Shown: positions 59,442 through 64,000 of the stretch, in pieces
How positions within the stretch are numbered: the first letter of the stretch is position 1
How the letters are laid out: each line of letters starts with the position of its first letter
From: Guillardia theta CCMP2712
Taxonomy: Eukaryota; Protista; Cryptophyta
Assembly (NCBI RefSeq): GCF_000315625.1
Contig: NW_005434670.1
Span: 682,016-746,015, forward strand
Reading direction: 5' to 3'
DNA: 64,000 nucleotides
The notes under the pieces: generated by a model
Told to the model about the DNA's origin: nothing
Seen by the model: the letters and a program-made list of their open reading frames with translations, nothing else
The model's database searches: none
Translations under genes and position numbers: made by a program

Positions 59442-62400
59442 TCATGTCCCCGAGTTGTTCTGCTCGCCCTCCTGCTCCTTCATCTTTGAATCGGAGGTCA
59501 CCCCTCCAAGCTTCTTGCTCCGAAAGATCGTGTAGATGCTCGTGTACTCGTGCAGACTTGCCTGCCCTCCTGCGGGCCCGAACTCACCTGCGGTTGTTCC
59601 GTCATCCCCACTCATCTCCGCCCGCCAAACCCCTCCCGCCCACTCTCCCCCGTTCTCCTCCCCACTCTCTCTACCCTCACCATTGTAGAAGCATCCAACC
59701 ACAGGGACGCCCGTTGCCATGCTTGCCATCCTGGACTCGTAGTTGGGCTCACCGAACAGCGGCCTCCCCCTGCTCCTCATCACTTTGGTGTTCCACCTCA
59801 AATCTCCTTCCTCACCGCCCGATGCAAGCAAAGAGGACGAGGCCGGCTGCTGGGGTTGACGAGCTCCCAGTCAGAAGCTCTGTGAGCCTGTACCCCGTAA
59901 GAGACATCCTCTACCTCCTCGTCCTCCTTCCCCTTCAACTTTGCCTCTCTTCCCCTCCCTTCCTAATCCTTGCACGCTCCTCCGTCTGTTCCATTCAGCG
60001 CCACCATCACCTCTGGCGCTTGTAGGATGACATGAGCGCTTCCACCTCTGCCATCGCAGCTGATCTGTCGGGCACGTGGAGCCTGCGAGACAGTGAGCGC
60101 TGGCACAGACCCGACCGCTGCATCCTTGCCTGATCCTCTGACCCGGTCGCAAGACGTCGCCCACGAGCATGGACTTGTCGTTGGCACTGACTAGGATGAT
60201 CTGTGAGAGCGAATGAGGGGAGGGTGCATGGCGAGGCAAGAAGCAGCACGGGTCTGAGCAGATAGTCCTTTCTTGGGTCCTCCTGCGAGCTCTGGGCCTA
60301 GGAAGAGAAGAATGTGAGGAGAAGAACAGGGGGTTCACAGTGCGAGCAGGGAGCAGGGGGGGAGGAGATGATGAATGATGATAGAGGCGAAGGGAGAATG
60401 TTAGAAGACGGAGAGGGAAGGGGGGTGTTGGGGGGGGGGGGAAGGAGGAGCAATACCGTTTTAGGCTGCTGCAAGTCACTGAGATTCATCGAGTTGCTCT
60501 CGACTCCAACGAACAAGGCTAACAGAGAAAGTCTGATTTCCTCTCCCTTCCCACTCCTCCTCCTCACTTCCTCCTCAACCTCCCCTCCTCCGACTCCCCT
60601 TCCGTCCATTCTCCTTCCACTTCCCCCAACCCTCCCTTCCACCACCACCACCACATCCCTCCCTCCCCTTTTCTCACCTCTCTGCGCAAGCTCGAGCTCT
60701 GCTGGGGATAGACCCTGCATCCCTGACGTCAGCCTGAGAGACCGGGGGGTGGGGGGAGGGTGACGGCAGACCTCAATCACCTTTGACAAGGCAGCCAGAC
60801 ATGTCACCTACCATCGGCTCGTGAGAGGATGAGCTGGAAGAGGTTGGAAGGTAGTGGAGGAAGGGCGAGAAGAGTAGATGAGTGAAGGAGAAGGGAAAGA
60901 TCGATGAAGGACAGTTTTAGCCTTTGAGGAGAGAGGGAGGAGGAGGAGAGGGAGAGGGGAGGAGTGGGGAGGAGAGGGGAGGAGAGGGGAGGAGAGAAGA
61001 GTTGAGGAGTAGAATGTTACAGGCGCTTCCTTTTTCAGCGGGTCGAAAACCTCGAACACCTTATTGCCCTTCGTTCGGCTGACTTCCCACTCTGGCCCTG
61101 CGTAGGAAGCCCACATGGTCACTACAAACATGATGATGGGGAAAGAAAAGCGTTTGGGGTGATTCGAAGACTAGAGTGAGGAGTGAGGAGAAGGCGCCGG
61201 AGGGAGGAGTGAGGAGGGAGGAGGGAGGAGGGAGGATGGGGGATGGAGGAGGGAGGAGAGACGAGGAAGGAGGGAGATCATCAGGGCATGCGGAGTCTAC
61301 ACACCAATGGGGCGACACCCTTGAGCCACGAGGGCCTCAGCCTCAATGTCGCCACTGAGGGTGACGACCCAGACGCCAGGAGAAGCAACCTTGTCTCTCG
61401 TCAGCTGCACGTCCCCGAAGACCGTGGACAGGAGGTCCACGTCTTGCTTGAAGCGAGCCGTGAGGCCTCCGACCTTGGTGCAGCTGAAGGGCCCAGAAAT
61501 GAGCGGCGACAAGATGGAGAGAAGGAGGACGAGGGAGGGAGGGAGGGACAAGGAGGGAGGGGGATAAGGGAGAGAAAAGGACGGGGGAGAGAGAGGGGAG
61601 GGGACCGACCCAGGATATGCGAAGTCCATCCCCTCAAGGAAGCGATCTAAGTTGCCCCGGCCAGGGAAGTTGTGCTCGCTGAAGAGGAGGAAGACGGGCC
61701 GATCTGCCGGATCCGGGCTACCAACCTGCGACAAGGTGAGTGACGGGAAGGGAGGGTGCCGTTCTGACTTACAAGCCTCCTCCACTCCTCCACGGAATCG
61801 TTGTTAGGAACCTCCTCAGCAGCGACTCTGACAATCGAGTATGTAAGACCAAGACCGCAAAGTTAATGGGTCTATTCGTGGTGGTGGTGGTGGTGGTGGA
61901 GGAGGAAGAGGAGGATGTCATCGTCAACGATGATGGCGATCGAGACGATCTACGAGAGAGGTGAGGAGAAGGAGATGTAGTTGATGTTGATGTTGATGTT
62001 GATGTTGATGATGATGATGGTCTGGTCATGGTTAGCATTGTCTCTGACAGAGATGCTTGTGTTGACGACAACAACAACTCGCCTCTGTATCTTGACGTCC
62101 ACGTTTGGAAGGCACGCGGCTGAGATCGACACAGCCTTCACCTGCTCGTACTCCTCTGGGCTCTCCTCCTCTCCCATACCGATCACGCCGGGGCTCAGGC
62201 ACCCGATGACGTGCTTGGCGCCGAGCCTCGTCCTCAACAGCTCGGTCACCTTCATCAGGTCCTCCTGCCTGGCCGGCTCTTGCGATCCTCTCATCTCGAA
62301 GAACCTGTCGGAGATGTAGCACATGACAAGGTCGATGCTTGTCCCTTCCCCGAGGTTCTCTCTGCACTTGTCCGCTGCCTCCTCTACTGTCTCTATCAAG

Positions 62401-62813
62401 CCTCCGAAGCCTAGAGAGACCGCTGACGTCCACCTCATCGCGCCATTGGAGCTGCTGTCCTCTGACGACATACTCATCGAAGAAACAAGGTTCTTCTGCT
62501 GTCCTCTCCAGTAATCAGCCGATCTTGCAGCGCGAGGAGATCGCACGCCGAACATCCTCGTCTGTGCTCTCGGAACGTCAGAAACCCTTGGAGGCAGCGC
62601 GAGCGGCGCTGTAAAGCCGAGCTTGTTCCCACGACACCACCGAGGAGCGGAACTGCGGCTGATCCCGGCCTGAAACATCCGCGAGCATGAAGTATCATCG
62701 GCATGCAGGGAAGAAGCATCAGTGATCGCGATGGTAAGGGACGACGCGAGCAGCAGCAGCCTCTTCATCTGCATCCTCCCCATCGTCGACCTCCTTCCCT
62801 GTGCCGTACCCAT
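59442..62813 (-). CDS. FIST-domain (FIST_N + FIST_C) protein with a signal/transit-like leader
   Basis: VIGCLSPGVIG..EYE..AVSISAACLP; MDFAYPG-CTKVGGL; LVAQGCRPIG; LFACIGRG..LFGEPNYE..GCFYNGEFGP..LHEYTS. Confidence 0.85.
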
Positions 62814-63188
62814 CCTTTGTGCCCACTGGAGCAGTGACTACCCACCCTACTGACTCGAAGACTTGATCCCTGGTTTGATTGCAGTGTACCCCTACCTTCT
62901 AGTGATAAAATATGATGTAAGTACCGGTCTTTTGTCCACCCCAGTGCCTGCTCCAGCATCCACCAAGTCTTAAAGGCAAAGTAAAGTATTCGAAGTTTTT
63001 ATATTTTAGTACCAATAAACTTAATTTTTCAAATCAAATTATACAAATGATGTGTTCTTGTGGCCAAATTAATGAACATTTCAGTTTGTTTTCCTTAAGC
63101 ACTTTTCGCTATGGCTTGTCGGTTTATGCGACCGGGGCGGCGGGGATGGCGGGGAGAGAGCGAGGGGAGCGGCGAGCTGTAAGGCAGG

Positions 63189-64000
63189 ATGGGGTTCTCC
63201 AGGGGAGGCCTCATCGCGGCAGTTCAGAAGAGGAGGAGGAGGCAGTCCCAGGATGAGAGCTCGATCCGGAAGGAGCTCGACAGACTGCGGGAGCCTCATC
63301 GGATCTGTCAAGATCGCCTGGATGCGATCGACGATATCCTCGAGGACGTCGGCACCAAGACCTACTTCGGTCCATCTTACACTGACCCAGCGCAGAGCAG
63401 AGAGGCTACGGTGGACGGCCTGCTGGAGAAGGTGGAGGAGAGGATTGAGAGGTCCACCGCTTACCGCAAGCTCTTTGGGACCACCGTCTTCTTCATCTCG
63501 TTCGTGTGGATGCTGTTCCTGCAACGGAACATCACGGCGCAGTACGAGATCGAGCGGTCGATCCTCAACGGCCTGATAGAGAGCCTCCCGACGACAGGGA
63601 GCGGAGGGTACACTAACTCCAACACCGGGGCGGTCGGAGTTTTGCAGGGCTCGAGCGACTTCTACTCGTGGTTCTCGACCTCGGTCATCCAGAAGATCTT
63701 CAGCGATCCCGTCTGTGGCGACGGGATCTGCGACGCTCCCGACGAGTACGCGGGGTTCGGGCGGTTCGGTTGCTCGGAAGACTGCGGGCTCTACCTGAAT
63801 GTGACCACCGTCCAGATCGACCTACAGGACGTGATCCAGGCGAGCGGGTCGGCGATAGGGTGGGACTTTACCACGATCCCGATGATATCGAACGCAAACC
63901 AGGGGCAGTTCAAATTCAATGTTTACAGCGAGGGGATGCAGGACTTCTTGTTCGAGGTGGATCAGAATGGCACCAGCGTCTCTACTCCCGTCCCCGACGG
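63189..64000 (+). CDS. Polycystin/PKD2-like cation channel family protein, 5' part (truncated by the window end)
   Basis: Open frame from ATG 63189 to the end: TM AYRKLFGTTVFFISFVWMLFLQR, DFYSWF, and Cys motif DPVCGDGICDAPDEYAGFGRFGCSEDCG typical of algal polycystin-like proteins. Confidence 0.65.
   Translation, partial: MGFSRGGLIAAVQKRRRRQSQDESSIRKELDRLREPHRICQDRLDAIDDILEDVGTKTYFGPSYTDPAQSREATVDGLLEKVEERIERSTAYRKLFGTTVFFISFVWMLFLQRNITAQYEIERSILNGLIESLPTTGSGGYTNSNTGAVGVLQGSSDFYSWFSTSVIQKIFSDPVCGDGICDAPDEYAGFGRFGCSEDCGLYLNVTTVQIDLQDVIQASGSAIGWDFTTIPMISNANQGQFKFNVYSEGMQDFLFEVDQNGTSVSTPVPD

Overview
Intron-rich eukaryotic nuclear DNA, almost certainly from a cryptophyte alga (Guillardia theta-like). 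The evidence is a cryptophyte phycobiliprotein alpha-subunit gene with tripartite targeting and several genes with bipartite signal+transit leaders (AxA-F). About 23 protein genes are present, most split by short GT-AG introns: EF-hand/WD40 protein, cyanobacterial-type MPBQ/MSBQ methyltransferase, DUF1995, GnT-I-like glycosyltransferase, cytosolic IleRS, CENP-B-type HTH protein, DUF268, secreted multi-EF-hand protein, ART-like+TPR protein, Sec1/SM protein, LIM-like protein, ankyrin protein, WD40(+Tudor), IspG, cpeA, bHLH-PAS-like factor, FIST protein and the start of a polycystin-like channel. The non-coding DNA is structured. It holds a 382-bp PIF/Harbinger-like MITE, recurrent GC-rich palindrome-rich islands with a shared TTTACTCAAAGTTAAGTT motif, GGGGTA/TACCCC-rich tracts upstream of most genes, and many purine microsatellites. 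I found no rRNA, tRNA or CRISPR. Gene ends and exon structures were read by eye and are approximate.
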